Positions 9,477 to 19,683 of a stretch of DNA of 64,000 bases are shown piece after piece. The notes beneath the pieces are model-generated. The model was not told the origin of the DNA, did not search any database, and saw nothing but the letters and a program-made list of their open reading frames with translations. The translations under genes were made by a program, and so were the position numbers. Numbering within the stretch: the stretch's first letter is position 1; each line of letters opens with the position of its first letter. The stretch comes from a virus: positions 32,811 to 96,810 of IMG/VR virus record IMGVR_UViG_3300036979_001044. One strand, given 5' to 3'.

Positions 9477-10970
9477 CTACGCCCAGTCATATTGTGGCAT
9501 TTCCGGCTCTTTGAACCGGCTAGAGATTTTCTGGAGGGCCTCCAGCATCGACCAGTCTGAGCCAATCCAGCCCCGGGTGATCCCGAGGTTGGTGCGTGTG
9601 CCCTGGCCGAAGCTCCAGCTGTGCCCGACCGACTCCAGGTAATAGGTCTCCTGGTCCTCCTCGCCGCGAGATCCAGGGATACGAACCTTGCATCCAATCT
9701 TGAGGTCCGGGCGGCCCACCCCGAGCCCCAGCGTTCCAGAAAGGAAGTAGGGATTGAGGGCGTGCCAGTCCTTGGCGATGAGCCTCTGCTGGTAGCAGAG
9801 CTTCGAGAAATCGAGATTGGATTCGTCGGGGGCGATTGAACTCTGAATATCGAATCGACGCAACCCATGCTGGTGGATCGACTCAGCGTCAATAAGGGGA
9901 ACGATGATGTTGAGCGAGTTTCCGCCAAACGCCTCCTGGTGCAGCATGCTCGCGGTGTAGAAGGCGTTGAAGCGCTCCAGTCCTGAGCGGCCCACGTTGG
10001 CCGTGATGATCTGCTGGCGGGGCACGATGAACATGGGCAAGTTATCCCAGTCCTGGTTATAGGCGTCGATGTTCTTGTCCACGATCGGGAAGGGCCTATC
10101 GCGGATAACCACAGTCATCTGGGTGTCCTTGGGCTCCAGAGCTGAACCAGCTTCCAACTTGGGACTGAATGGGTCGCCGTCGGGGAACAGATCGGTGTAC
10201 AGCTCCACAAACGCCGGATCGGAATGCTGTTGCGCCGTGGCCCAAAGCGTTCCGTTCATCTCCATGTAGTTGGCGTTGAAGCATTTACGTTTGGGCACGT
10301 TCTGGAAATGGTCCTCGCTATATTTCACCCAGCCGAGGAAATTCCCGCCCCCATTGGGCATTGATAGAGGCATGCTCCAATCTATCCCCGCATGGGTGGT
10401 GATGGCGTTCATGAAGCTCCACAGGTAAGCCTTCACCGCGACGTTGGGCGCCCCTTGGATTTTTGGCAGAGCGTTGAATACTGCCGAAGCCGTAGCATCC
10501 GAGATGAGGTCGTTGGTCATGTACGGCGAAAACCAGATCGGGGTGATTTCCCAGATCTTGCCGAAATCCTTACCCACGATGGTATAGGATTCGACCGTTG
10601 CTCCGGTACCGCCCACCGCCTGATTTCTGCGGATCTCGTCAACCAACCCGCGCATCACATGCCAAGGCTGATCCTTGCGGTAGAAGGTGATGTCGATCCA
10701 GTCATCATCGCAGACATGCTTGAACAACTCGAAGGCCGACCGCGACGGTTTGAGATCGATCTGGAAGGAACCACTCGCCGCCCCGAGCAGCTTTTGGGTG
10801 GACACCGCTACCAACGAAGGGCTCTTTGCATCGGCGCGTTTTCCAGAAAATGGGTAGGCGCTGGCATTCCCTGGGGTCATGATGATCGGATCATCTCCGC
10901 GCGAGTAAAGAGTCACCGCAACCCAACTGGTCTCGCTACCCTGAAAACCTGGTTTGTACCCAGTGTCCAT
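9477..10970 (-). CDS. Baseplate hub protein (gp27/gp44-like)
   Basis: GSFQIDL, MRGLVDEI, GKDFGK, HGLRRF, GRPDLKIG, YYLESVGHSW. The start MDTGYK overlaps the tape measure stop (TAATG). Confidence 0.75.
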   Translation of the reverse strand: MDTGYKPGFQGSETSWVAVTLYSRGDDPIIMTPGNASAYPFSGKRADAKSPSLVAVSTQKLLGAASGSFQIDLKPSRSAFELFKHVCDDDWIDITFYRKDQPWHVMRGLVDEIRRNQAVGGTGATVESYTIVGKDFGKIWEITPIWFSPYMTNDLISDATASAVFNALPKIQGAPNVAVKAYLWSFMNAITTHAGIDWSMPLSMPNGGGNFLGWVKYSEDHFQNVPKRKCFNANYMEMNGTLWATAQQHSDPAFVELYTDLFPDGDPFSPKLEAGSALEPKDTQMTVVIRDRPFPIVDKNIDAYNQDWDNLPMFIVPRQQIITANVGRSGLERFNAFYTASMLHQEAFGGNSLNIIVPLIDAESIHQHGLRRFDIQSSIAPDESNLDFSKLCYQQRLIAKDWHALNPYFLSGTLGLGVGRPDLKIGCKVRIPGSRGEEDQETYYLESVGHSWSFGQGTRTNLGITRGWIGSDWSMLEALQKISSRFKEPEMPQYDWA

Positions 10971-13348
10971 TAACCACCCAATCCAGTCTGTACTTTTATC
11001 AGACCCCAAAGATCTTTAAGAGACGCTCCCTCTTTCCCGCTCAGTACTTCGATAGCGCCAGCCAGCTCCTTAAATTTATTAGTCAGACTCACCACTGCGC
11101 CGGCGTCGCCGGTCAAGTTGGCGAAGGACTTGACCAGTGTAGCCGCGGCCATGTCCATGGTGTTGACCACCCCGATCATCTTCTCCCCGGCGGCAATCTG
11201 CTTGTTCTGGATGGCGGCTTGTGTCTTCAATTCTTCAGGTACCATCCCCTTGGCTTCTCCTATCAATCCCCCTGGAGTGCCAACCTTCCCCGCCTCTATT
11301 GCCCCCGACTTTCGTCGAGCAGCTTCCTGATCCACCATCGTCTGTTCTTCTGGCGTGAGCTTTTCTCCCGAAAGTTGCTTGTCCAGCATCACCATCTCTT
11401 GCTGGCTCATGCTCACGTTCATCTGGTTCTGCATCAAATTTCGCAGCATGAGGCGACCCGCGGCCTTATCTCCGCCAGTCATGCTCATGATGCGTTGCAT
11501 TACCCCACCCATCGGGCCGGACATAGCCCCGCCTACGCCCTGATCTCGCATCTGCTGACCAGCAGCCTCCATCTTGATGAGTGTCTGCTCGTACTCTGCG
11601 GCTCCTCCCTTGCCGGTGAAGCCAAAGGCCTGGAGGGTCATATAGTCCATCCCCGTCGCGGGCCCTCCTTTCGCGCCCATGCCTTGCACGTACTGCCCAA
11701 CCCCCTTAGCCATTTGCACCGCGCGGGTTCCAGCGATACCTGCTTTCGAGAAGCTCTCAGCCATGCCCTTGATCGCGTCGGGCGCGATCGGAATTCCAGT
11801 CGTCTCCCACTGCTTGATCCCTTCAGCCATCGACTGCATGTAATCGACTAGCTCGCTCCCTTCCAACCCCAGCTTGAGCCCATCGCCTATCGCCCGAGTC
11901 ATCATGGTATCGGCTTTTCCAGGGCCCCCGACTATCCCGCCCCGCCGGCCGGCTTGCAGGAAGGCACCCGAAGTTTCAGGACCAACACCGTAGAGCGTCT
12001 TGGCTGCAAAACCAGTTCCCAGCATTCCCTGCTTCATCATTTCTCGCGCGCCACCCCCGCCCGCCTGGATAATTCCGGTCATGGCCTGGAGCGCTTGGTC
12101 CTTGGCCATGCCGTACTGAACGCCCTCGCGGGTGGCTGCGTAAACCGGTTCGTTCATTTTTCTACGAGCAGCAGCAACGGCACGTTGCCGGGATTCTTTT
12201 GCTTGCTGTTCCGATGCGCGATTGTCGGCCGCCCCCATCGCCTGCCAGTTGCCTTGTTGCTGGACGGTAAATTGGGTGAATTCTTTCTCGTCGATCATCT
12301 TCCTAGCATTTTGGGCCCATTTATATTTTTCATAGCCGCGGGGGATACGAGTCGCGTAGCCCCCACCCTCGGGGTTAGCGCGGGCCGCGCGTTCAGCGGC
12401 TTCCGGGTTGTTGGCGTTGAAGCGATTGCGCATCCCTGGAATCATTTTCTGGAATTCTGCATCCGAGTAGATTGCTGCATTTTGCTTGCGGGACCGAGAT
12501 ACTTCCGCCTGGTACCGAGTACCTGCGGCGCCTTGCGCCTGCATCATCCCAACCCCACCGCCCAGGAAGGGCAATGCTTCCAGTTGCTGCCGGCGCCACT
12601 CCATCGCCCGGCCGGCGTAGCCGACCGCGGTCCCCATCATCCCGCCGATGATTCCACCCCCGGGAAGCGCGCTGGCCATCTGGGCCAAGCCCTGGGCGCC
12701 CTGGAAAGGTGCTTGCGCCATAGCTCCAGCAACCCGGCCAGCCATGCGGAACGGCGCCGCCGCTGCTCCGCCGATCATCTGGCCGATCATCTGCCGGCGC
12801 ATCCCCGGGCCACGTTCCAGAAATAGCGGGGGCATGCCTGGAACCGCTCCCTGCGCCATGCCCTGGAGGAGCGCGCCCTTGGCTCGTTGCTCGTAATTCT
12901 TCTTCCTGTCTTCTTCCCGCCGGGCAGCATCCTCTGTTGCCTGCTTGCGCTTTTCATCGGTCTTGAGGAGTTGTTCGTTGGCCCGGTTCAGCTCCTGAGC
13001 GGCCTTGGCCTCTGACTGGTAGGCTTTCTCCAGGTTCTTGACCGCCCCCTCCAGCCCGGAGGATTCTTCCTGGGCGAGTTTCAGCGAGACGGCCATTGCC
13101 TTGTAGATGTTGGTGGACTTGTCCTTCATCCCCGACATGACTTCGAACAGCTGGGCCTGGGTCTTGGCGAGCTTGCTGATCTGGTTTTCGAGCCCCTGGA
13201 CCTTGGTCTGCGAGTCCTGATAGCTCTTGGCCTGTTCCTTCATCCCCCGCAGGGAGTTTTCATTGACCTTGAGGATTTTCTGGAGCGCCTCGTCAAAGCC
13301 CTTGGTATCCGCAGTGATGACTACGCCAGTTCGGACTTCGCCTGCCAT
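10970..13348 (-). CDS. Tape measure protein
   Basis: 792 aa, Ala/Gly/Met/Gln-rich helical protein with an N-terminal coiled coil, immediately after the tail chaperones. Confidence 0.85.
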   Translation of the reverse strand: MAGEVRTGVVITADTKGFDEALQKILKVNENSLRGMKEQAKSYQDSQTKVQGLENQISKLAKTQAQLFEVMSGMKDKSTNIYKAMAVSLKLAQEESSGLEGAVKNLEKAYQSEAKAAQELNRANEQLLKTDEKRKQATEDAARREEDRKKNYEQRAKGALLQGMAQGAVPGMPPLFLERGPGMRRQMIGQMIGGAAAAPFRMAGRVAGAMAQAPFQGAQGLAQMASALPGGGIIGGMMGTAVGYAGRAMEWRRQQLEALPFLGGGVGMMQAQGAAGTRYQAEVSRSRKQNAAIYSDAEFQKMIPGMRNRFNANNPEAAERAARANPEGGGYATRIPRGYEKYKWAQNARKMIDEKEFTQFTVQQQGNWQAMGAADNRASEQQAKESRQRAVAAARRKMNEPVYAATREGVQYGMAKDQALQAMTGIIQAGGGGAREMMKQGMLGTGFAAKTLYGVGPETSGAFLQAGRRGGIVGGPGKADTMMTRAIGDGLKLGLEGSELVDYMQSMAEGIKQWETTGIPIAPDAIKGMAESFSKAGIAGTRAVQMAKGVGQYVQGMGAKGGPATGMDYMTLQAFGFTGKGGAAEYEQTLIKMEAAGQQMRDQGVGGAMSGPMGGVMQRIMSMTGGDKAAGRLMLRNLMQNQMNVSMSQQEMVMLDKQLSGEKLTPEEQTMVDQEAARRKSGAIEAGKVGTPGGLIGEAKGMVPEELKTQAAIQNKQIAAGEKMIGVVNTMDMAAATLVKSFANLTGDAGAVVSLTNKFKELAGAIEVLSGKEGASLKDLWGLIKVQTGLGG

Positions 13349-13349
13349 T

Positions 13350-13706
13350 TCAGTCCTCCAGGTTGGGCACCCGCCCCTCCTCCAGGTCCTGCTCCCATTG
13401 ATCGATCAGATCGTCTTCTCTCTCCTGCGGATCTCCGAGCGCCTCGTTGAGCGACTTCAACTGCCGCGCCAGCACCTGCCTCTCCTGCATCCGGGTATCT
13501 TCGCTCTCCAGCTCGGCCACAACTTCCCGCTTCCGGATGAGGAGGTCCTCGATCATCTCCTGATTCAACTCCGCCACGGTCTGTTCCAGAAAAAGCGGGT
13601 GATTCGTCGGCAACTTGTACTTCTGGCTCCACCAACGTCGTAACCCGGTGAGCCCACTTGCGACTTCGCGCTCAGCTCGTCGCCGTACCCTTCCCGTATC
13701 CGAGAA
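13350..13706 (-). CDS. Tail assembly chaperone, C-terminal extension (probably reached by frameshift)
   Basis: Open frame LRRWWSQKYKLPTNHPLF...DLIDQWEQDL overlaps the end of 13672..14184 and has no good start codon. Confidence 0.65.
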   Translation of the reverse strand, partial: FSDTGRVRRRAEREVASGLTGLRRWWSQKYKLPTNHPLFLEQTVAELNQEMIEDLLIRKREVVAELESEDTRMQERQVLARQLKSLNEALGDPQEREDDLIDQWEQDLEEGRVPNLED

Positions 13707-14184
13707 AGGTGCTTTCGTGATTTGCCACCTCCATGTACAGCTCCTGGAGCAAACGCACGTCATCGAGCACCAATAGATCCTCGGCCCACTTCGGCCGCGC
13801 AGCGAGACTGAAAGAGAGATGCGCGATCATCAAGTTGATTTCGCAGGTGTAGGCGTCCAGATTCGACGGCGAGATCCCCGCAGCCAGGTTCGACCGCATG
13901 ATCCCAACCAGCTGCCGATCCCGGATGGAAAGCACCTTGTTGGTGAATTTCCCTTTCCAGATTTTGCCCCGCCCGTCTTTCCAGTTGAAATCGAAGGTGT
14001 ACTCGCGCTGAGATTTCAACGTATCGGATGGAGTTTCTGGAATTTCCTCCGCCACCAGGTCCTCGACCTTTTGGCTGATCGCTTCCTTCAGGCTCTCGAT
14101 TTCCTCGGGCACCAGCTTTCGCAGATGCGCTGGGTTGGTTAATTTTTCATAGGTCCCCGGGGGTATCCCGATTTTTTCGTTCAT
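13672..14184 (-). CDS. Tail assembly chaperone
   Basis: 170 aa between the tube and tape measure genes; GKFT.K.LSIRD...P.W motif pattern. Confidence 0.75.
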   Translation of the reverse strand: MNEKIGIPPGTYEKLTNPAHLRKLVPEEIESLKEAISQKVEDLVAEEIPETPSDTLKSQREYTFDFNWKDGRGKIWKGKFTNKVLSIRDRQLVGIMRSNLAAGISPSNLDAYTCEINLMIAHLSFSLAARPKWAEDLLVLDDVRLLQELYMEVANHESTFLGYGKGTATS

Positions 14185-14331
14185 GGCTCGCTCTCCTATC
14201 TTCTGGTTCTGGAGTCGAGAATACGGGATGGAGGAAGAGGAGGCAATATCTCAAAAAGAAAGGGCCGCCAGATGTGGGGGGGAACACCTGAGACCCTTTG
14301 CTAGCTCAGACTATCATGTCCAAGCATTCTA

Positions 14332-14781
14332 TCAGATCATTTCGCTCTCGTCTTTGACTCGAATGGCGACGAACTCCATCTCCTCGCCAACGATCCCGCG
14401 AGCGTCGATCGTCCAGTTGTGGCTGGCTATCTTGACCTGGTCGAGATAGCAAATCACCTTGTTGGTCTTGGTGTCCTCAACCTGCGCGTACAGAACGCCG
14501 GTGGTGAGGATGTTGCTGAGGTGGTCGTCGGTCGTCTTTCCCGTCGCAGGGAACCAGCCCTTGCTCTTGAGCGTCTCGCCGACGATGCGAAACATCGAAG
14601 CGGTGAACCGCACCCGGTAGGCAACCGGGACGTGCTCCTCCACCTCGATGTTGTCGAGCACCTCGACCGGCTGGTACTCGATCTCCTCGGTGATCGCGAC
14701 GTTCCTGGCGTAACCGACCTTGACGCCCTCGATGGAGAATCGAGCGCGCGCACCCGTCAAAAGGTTTCCTTTGGAAGCCAT
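14332..14781 (-). CDS. Tail tube protein
   Basis: 149 aa right after the sheath; LTGARARF...VGYARNV...PVEVLDNIEVEEHVPV.Y resembles SPO1/K-like tubes. Confidence 0.9.
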   Translation of the reverse strand: MASKGNLLTGARARFSIEGVKVGYARNVAITEEIEYQPVEVLDNIEVEEHVPVAYRVRFTASMFRIVGETLKSKGWFPATGKTTDDHLSNILTTGVLYAQVEDTKTNKVICYLDQVKIASHNWTIDARGIVGEEMEFVAIRVKDESEMI

Positions 14782-14791
14782 GGATCACTCC

Positions 14792-17098
14792 TTATGCCGT
14801 CTGGCGGATCGTCACCAGGTGAACGGTGTTTTTCACGAAGTTGACGGGAATTACCGGGGCCATCTCGACCTCTACGTCGAGCACATCGACCGCCAGCTCT
14901 ACCCCCAAGCTCCTCCAGGCCACCAGCACCAGAGAGTCCACCAGCAATCCAAGGGTGCTCAGCGCGATTCCCCTGGCGGCGTTGATGGTCCCAGCGAATC
15001 CTCGCTTGCCCACCGCAAACTCCATGTTGGTTCGGAAATTGAAGCAACTGAAGTTGACCGCGGCATTCACCGAGCCCTCGGTATAGGCCAGGTTGTTGGA
15101 GGATAGGTGAGTGGTCACGTTGCGGACGAACCGCCGGCCCACGCCCTCGACGTTTTCCAGAAAACAGAGCCCGCCCTGGATCATCTCCTCGGAGTCGTCG
15201 GTGGGGTTCCACGAAACATCCTGGCGAATGGCCAGCACGTTCGCGTACTTGAAGGTCAGCGAGGTACCGACCGGAGCGCCCGCTTGCATGCCCGCAGCGA
15301 TGGCCGCGGCGAAGGGCGGCAGGAACTCTTGGCGCTCGCCGGCAGTGTTGTAGCGCTCAATGGCCTGGGGGAACGCTCGGATGTGGCGGGTGTTCAGGTC
15401 AACCGCCTGCTCCTTGGCCTCGTCCTTGGTGGGGACATCGGTGAGCCCAGCGTTGAGCAACCCGACGAACCCATCGCGCTCCGAACGGCCGATGCCGCAC
15501 ATGTACGCGCAATGGGCGTCCAGCGCAGAGGCTACCGCCGGATCTCCGCTCAGCACCACGATCGAGTTGACCCCGATCTTCTTCAGCAGGTTGAGCGCAT
15601 TCTGCCAGTGGGTGAAGAGGGTTGTCCCCTCGCTCCCGCCGGAAAGGAAGGTCGCGGCCACGGTGTTGACCGGAGCGCCGCCCTTGGCCCCTGAAGCCTT
15701 CGCCGCAGAGATATACTGCGAGCTGGTGTTGATCCACTCGATGCAGGACCAGAGATTGGCGTAGAAGGCCGGATTGGCGGGAGAGAGGCAGTTTTGCACT
15801 CCCTGGGCTCCGGTGGTCACATCCAGATCGGCCGGAGAGAAAGTCGTCTTCCCGGTGACCAGGGTGAAGACGAACCCGGCCGCGGAAGCGTACCGGGCGT
15901 TGAAGTAGTCGGCGCATTTCTGGAGCGTCGACTGCACCGCTACTGTCGTGCGCCCGGCGTTGGCCGAGAAGGTGATGGTCTGGGCCGCTTCCACCTCTCC
16001 GAGCGCGAGGTATTGCAGCTCGGAAAAACTGCCCACGCCGACCGCGGGGGTGGTGCCAGTCAGCGTGATCTTCTCCAGCTGGGTTGCCCCGGCAGGGCTC
16101 AGGCCGATGAGCATCAGCCGCTTGGTACTTGCCCCGCTGGAGACCGAGGTCACTGCCAGGTTGCCCACGTAGCCGCAGGCGAACTTGGCCAGACCCTTGA
16201 CCGGATTCGCTCCAGCCGCCAGAGTGAGTATCGTGGTCCCGCCAGTGTTCTTGGTCACGGTCACCGTTCCGACGATGGTGCCGATGACGCGCGCCCCAAG
16301 AATCTTGGAGAAGGTCAGCACGCCATTGACCAGTGTGGTGCCGGCGAGGGTGATGGTCTCGCTGATAGCCGCCGCGGAGGCATCCAGTCCGTAGACGAGG
16401 AGCAAGAGCCCCGTGTCGGATGCGCTGGAGGATACCGCGTTGACCAGTCCGTCCACGGTGAGCTGGCTGGCGATATCTCCATCCAGGCCCAGATTCGCCC
16501 GGGTGGCCTTGGCCACGATCGCCCCGCTCGACTCGACCTCCGCGGTCATCGTGTCCCAGCCGTTGGTGGGCTTCACGTACTTCAGGTGGAAGAACACGTC
16601 CCCGCCCACGTCATCCCCGGCCTCGACCTGGTCCTCGAAGGCGATGGTGATGAGTTTGCCCTGCACCGTTCCGTCGGCGATTGAGATGTTGATCTGGGAG
16701 GTGAAGGCGCCGTAGTCGATGCTGGAGAGCGAGAGGGAATTGCCGTAGCTGTTGCCCAGCGAGGCGGCGGACTGGGTGGCTGGGTTGATCTTCATCGCCA
16801 CCACTTCCTGCGCCCCAGCTGTGATGTCCGGATCTTTGGAGGGGGCGAACAGCATGTCCGCCACCTCGCGCAGATCGCCGGAGCGGAACAGCTGCTTGCC
16901 TTTCTCGGGCTTGGTCAGCCGCAAGAACTCCTTGGGCTCGGTCATTGCCGATGCCGGTTTCCCGCCAACTGCCGTTCCGAGGACTGCTACGATTCCAGAA
17001 GCCCCTAGCCCTACTTGCTCCAGGCCCGAAGCATCGACCTGCGAGTAGCTTCCCGGCACGCTGATCAGCCGTCCGTTGAAAAAGATGCTGGTTGCCAT
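14792..17098 (-). CDS. Contractile tail sheath protein
   Basis: FNGRLISVPGSYS N-terminus, G.A.GGKP, DYGAFT, LSGGSEG, AHCAYM, and C-terminal PVIPVNFV. Confidence 0.93.
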   Translation of the reverse strand: MATSIFFNGRLISVPGSYSQVDASGLEQVGLGASGIVAVLGTAVGGKPASAMTEPKEFLRLTKPEKGKQLFRSGDLREVADMLFAPSKDPDITAGAQEVVAMKINPATQSAASLGNSYGNSLSLSSIDYGAFTSQINISIADGTVQGKLITIAFEDQVEAGDDVGGDVFFHLKYVKPTNGWDTMTAEVESSGAIVAKATRANLGLDGDIASQLTVDGLVNAVSSSASDTGLLLLVYGLDASAAAISETITLAGTTLVNGVLTFSKILGARVIGTIVGTVTVTKNTGGTTILTLAAGANPVKGLAKFACGYVGNLAVTSVSSGASTKRLMLIGLSPAGATQLEKITLTGTTPAVGVGSFSELQYLALGEVEAAQTITFSANAGRTTVAVQSTLQKCADYFNARYASAAGFVFTLVTGKTTFSPADLDVTTGAQGVQNCLSPANPAFYANLWSCIEWINTSSQYISAAKASGAKGGAPVNTVAATFLSGGSEGTTLFTHWQNALNLLKKIGVNSIVVLSGDPAVASALDAHCAYMCGIGRSERDGFVGLLNAGLTDVPTKDEAKEQAVDLNTRHIRAFPQAIERYNTAGERQEFLPPFAAAIAAGMQAGAPVGTSLTFKYANVLAIRQDVSWNPTDDSEEMIQGGLCFLENVEGVGRRFVRNVTTHLSSNNLAYTEGSVNAAVNFSCFNFRTNMEFAVGKRGFAGTINAARGIALSTLGLLVDSLVLVAWRSLGVELAVDVLDVEVEMAPVIPVNFVKNTVHLVTIRQTA

Positions 17099-17107
17099 GA
17101 TCGCTCC

Positions 17108-17377
17108 TTAGTTGGTGGGGGTCGCCATGAATTTCTGGAACGCCTCGCGCCACCCCAGGACGGTCAGCGGGCCTAGCTTCATGCGCTTGACGTGATTGCG
17201 GAACCCAGCCAATTGGTCGAAGCGCTTTCCTGAGAGCCGAGCCCAGACATCAAAGCTCACCGACACCTTGGGGCCAGGCTTCTCGGCTTCTGGAGCGGGT
17301 TGAGTAGCGGCGGCAGGCTCCTCAACCGGATCGGCGGGAGCATCGGCCTCGAAAATTTCAGGTTTGGTCTCCGGCAT
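17108..17377 (-). CDS. Hypothetical protein
   Basis: Small ORF from MPETKPE between the tail terminator and sheath genes. Confidence 0.55.
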   Translation of the reverse strand: MPETKPEIFEADAPADPVEEPAAATQPAPEAEKPGPKVSVSFDVWARLSGKRFDQLAGFRNHVKRMKLGPLTVLGWREAFQKFMATPTN

Positions 17378-18047
17378 CGGTTTCCTCTCCGTCGTAGTAT
17401 ATGGATACGTTGGTATTGACCTCCCCAACATCACTCGGGCTTCCGCTTTTGTCAACGGCAATGCCCGAAACCCTGAAGGCCTTAGTCAAGCGAGAATCCC
17501 GAGAGATCTGCTGCAACTCGCGCTCGCAGTAGAAGATGATCCGCCGCAAAAAAAGATGCTCGGGCATGTAAGCCGGATCGAGCATCAGCTCCTCTCCAGA
17601 AACCTTGATGCTGGCCAAGCCTTTCTCGGTGAGCTGCTCCAGTCCGGCGAGCAAGATGGCCTTGGCCATCTCGTAGTAGTAGGCGGTGGTGTCGGGATGC
17701 TCGGAGATGACGGTCAGAAAATAGGTGTGCTCCCAGATGGCTGTGTTGATGTCGCAATGATAGTATTTATCGCTCTCGTCCATCACCATGCCGCCGTCAT
17801 CGCCGAGGACGGTCTGGCTTTCGCCCTCACTGCCCAAGGTAACAGCAATGGCCGGGTACCTGTTATCCTGGCGGGAGTAGCCGTTGACCAGAACGATCGG
17901 GTGGGCCGCGAAAAAGATTTTTATCGCTGCGACCTCGGCGTCGGATAAACCGTAGTTTTCCAGAAAAATATCTTCCAGAATGAGCGGGTCAGCGACGATA
18001 GCGTCAAAGCCCTCTTGGAGCAGATCGATTAGGTACCGTTGAATCAT
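17358..18047 (-). CDS. Putative tail terminator / completion protein
   Basis: YPAIAVTLGSEGE motif; located just before the sheath. Confidence 0.6.
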   Translation of the reverse strand: MIQRYLIDLLQEGFDAIVADPLILEDIFLENYGLSDAEVAAIKIFFAAHPIVLVNGYSRQDNRYPAIAVTLGSEGESQTVLGDDGGMVMDESDKYYHCDINTAIWEHTYFLTVISEHPDTTAYYYEMAKAILLAGLEQLTEKGLASIKVSGEELMLDPAYMPEHLFLRRIIFYCERELQQISRDSRLTKAFRVSGIAVDKSGSPSDVGEVNTNVSIYYDGEETDAGDQT

Positions 18048-18862
18048 TTTGAACCCTCAAAATAAGCCGCAAAAGCCTCTGGAGCAATTTTTTGCACGTA
18101 ATCGGCTACCTGCTTCGCCAGGTGCTGGGCGGGGATAGCCTTGCGTATCCAGCCAGTAGTGACCCGGGTCGAGATGGTCCGAAAAGTCATGTAGGAATTC
18201 TGGGTTGCTTTCTCGTAGGTCTTCTCCATCTTCACCATGCCCGAGTAGATATCGGTCTTGTGGTGCGGCTTGAGCAACGGGATACCCATGTCCGCGGTAT
18301 CGAGTCGCGATCCCCAGTTGGTATTTCCGGAGGCCCCGCCGAAAGATCCGGTCAGCTGTTTCGCTGCTCCGTAGACCTCCTTGCCTAGCTTCTTGGCGTT
18401 GGCTACTGCCTGATTCCCGCCATAAGCCGATCCCATTGGTTGCCCGATTTGATTGGTCGAGCCAGGAGTGGTGTGGCGGAAGGGGATAGCCCGATAGTAG
18501 CCAGGCTTGCTCCCGCCCTGTGCCTTGGTCGCGCGCTTTCCCTTCTGCCCGAAGGGAGCAACCGGAACACTCGAACCCAACAGGATCTTGCGCAGATCAA
18601 CTTGTGGAGATCCGTCTTCCAGCATATGGGGGATCTCACCCACCAGCGCGATTACCGCCATTCCGGGCGAAGATTCTATCGGCTGGATGCCTCGGATGTA
18701 GTCATTGCGAAAACTAGATTTGAGCCCAGAAGCGAGTTTGATCCAATGGGCACGGGCAGCCCCGGCAATTCCCCCGATCACGCTATCGACGGCCTCCTTG
18801 GAGAGCCCAGCGGCCAAGTGAGGCGGGATCAATGCCCCCACCATTTCTACTTTGATGCTCAT
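18044..18862 (-). CDS. Putative neck / tail completion protein
   Basis: MLEDG...IPFRH...YMTFRTIS...GW pattern resembles SPO1/K-like neck genes; synteny fits. Confidence 0.6.
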   Translation of the reverse strand: MSIKVEMVGALIPPHLAAGLSKEAVDSVIGGIAGAARAHWIKLASGLKSSFRNDYIRGIQPIESSPGMAVIALVGEIPHMLEDGSPQVDLRKILLGSSVPVAPFGQKGKRATKAQGGSKPGYYRAIPFRHTTPGSTNQIGQPMGSAYGGNQAVANAKKLGKEVYGAAKQLTGSFGGASGNTNWGSRLDTADMGIPLLKPHHKTDIYSGMVKMEKTYEKATQNSYMTFRTISTRVTTGWIRKAIPAQHLAKQVADYVQKIAPEAFAAYFEGSK

Positions 18863-19683
18863 CCGTGCGCCTCCGGGATGAAGTCGTAACGCACCAGGGC
18901 CTGGATGGGCAATCCTTTGGGATCTCCACGCGGTGTTTTGGGATTCGACACTTTGAACTTCTTCGAGGTCTGCCGGATGATGTGCGGGTGCTCCACCACC
19001 AGGACCACGGGGTGGCAGAGGTAGTGGAGAGAAAGTTTGGTGCCGCTTTCTGGAATAGCAGCGGGACGGAACTTCACCTTGCCCAGCTCGATGAAAAAAT
19101 CCTGATCGGGTTTGTAGGTGCGCGAGAACGATCGAAAATAATTCACCCCAGCCACTGGATACCGACCAGTTACCGTGTCGGTACCATCGGAGTTGACCGT
19201 CTCCACGTAGACGACCTCGCTCTCCAGAATGGTCAGCTTGTCGTAGTAGCCTATCTTGTTTTCGTGGCGGGTGGTCAGCATCATCGACCCAGCCATCCAG
19301 TTGCCAATTTTGTCCCAGGGGCTGTACTCGTTCTGGATAGAAGTGATCACCCCGCGGATGGTCATCGCGTTGTTGGTCTCGATGATCTTCTTTTGCACCT
19401 CATCCATGTTGCCAATCTCATCGTAGTTCGGCGGGAGATCTCCCCCGAAGTAGTGCCAGCCCGATCCCTTGCACAGCGGGCAATTCGGGTCGGGTTGCTC
19501 GGTCTGGGTGACCACCGGGCGGCAAGGACAGATAGACGCCCGCTCCCAGGCCAGCAAGTACCCTTTGGTCTCGACCAAGAGGGCGAAGGCGTCGGGCAGG
19601 AAGTCCGCCCGGGACATCGACTCCTTCATCCCCACCGGGGTTCCAGAAACTGGAAAAGTCGGACGGGTCGGGGTGATGGTCAT
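18859..19683 (-). CDS. Head closure / neck protein with Zn-binding motif
   Basis: WERASICPC...PDPNCPLCKGSGW; position between adaptor and tail genes. Confidence 0.65.
   Translation of the reverse strand: MTITPTRPTFPVSGTPVGMKESMSRADFLPDAFALLVETKGYLLAWERASICPCRPVVTQTEQPDPNCPLCKGSGWHYFGGDLPPNYDEIGNMDEVQKKIIETNNAMTIRGVITSIQNEYSPWDKIGNWMAGSMMLTTRHENKIGYYDKLTILESEVVYVETVNSDGTDTVTGRYPVAGVNYFRSFSRTYKPDQDFFIELGKVKFRPAAIPESGTKLSLHYLCHPVVLVVEHPHIIRQTSKKFKVSNPKTPRGDPKGLPIQALVRYDFIPEAHG

Noticed and set aside
14185-14345. Promoter between tube and chaperone genes (TGATAGAAT on the minus strand)
   Set aside because: Only an extended -10-like match overlapping the tube stop codon, with no -35. Too weak to call.
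4831-17098. Tailocin, eCIS or T6SS
   Set aside because: Capsid, scaffold, protease, portal and terminase are in the same gene cluster, so this is a DNA-packaging phage.
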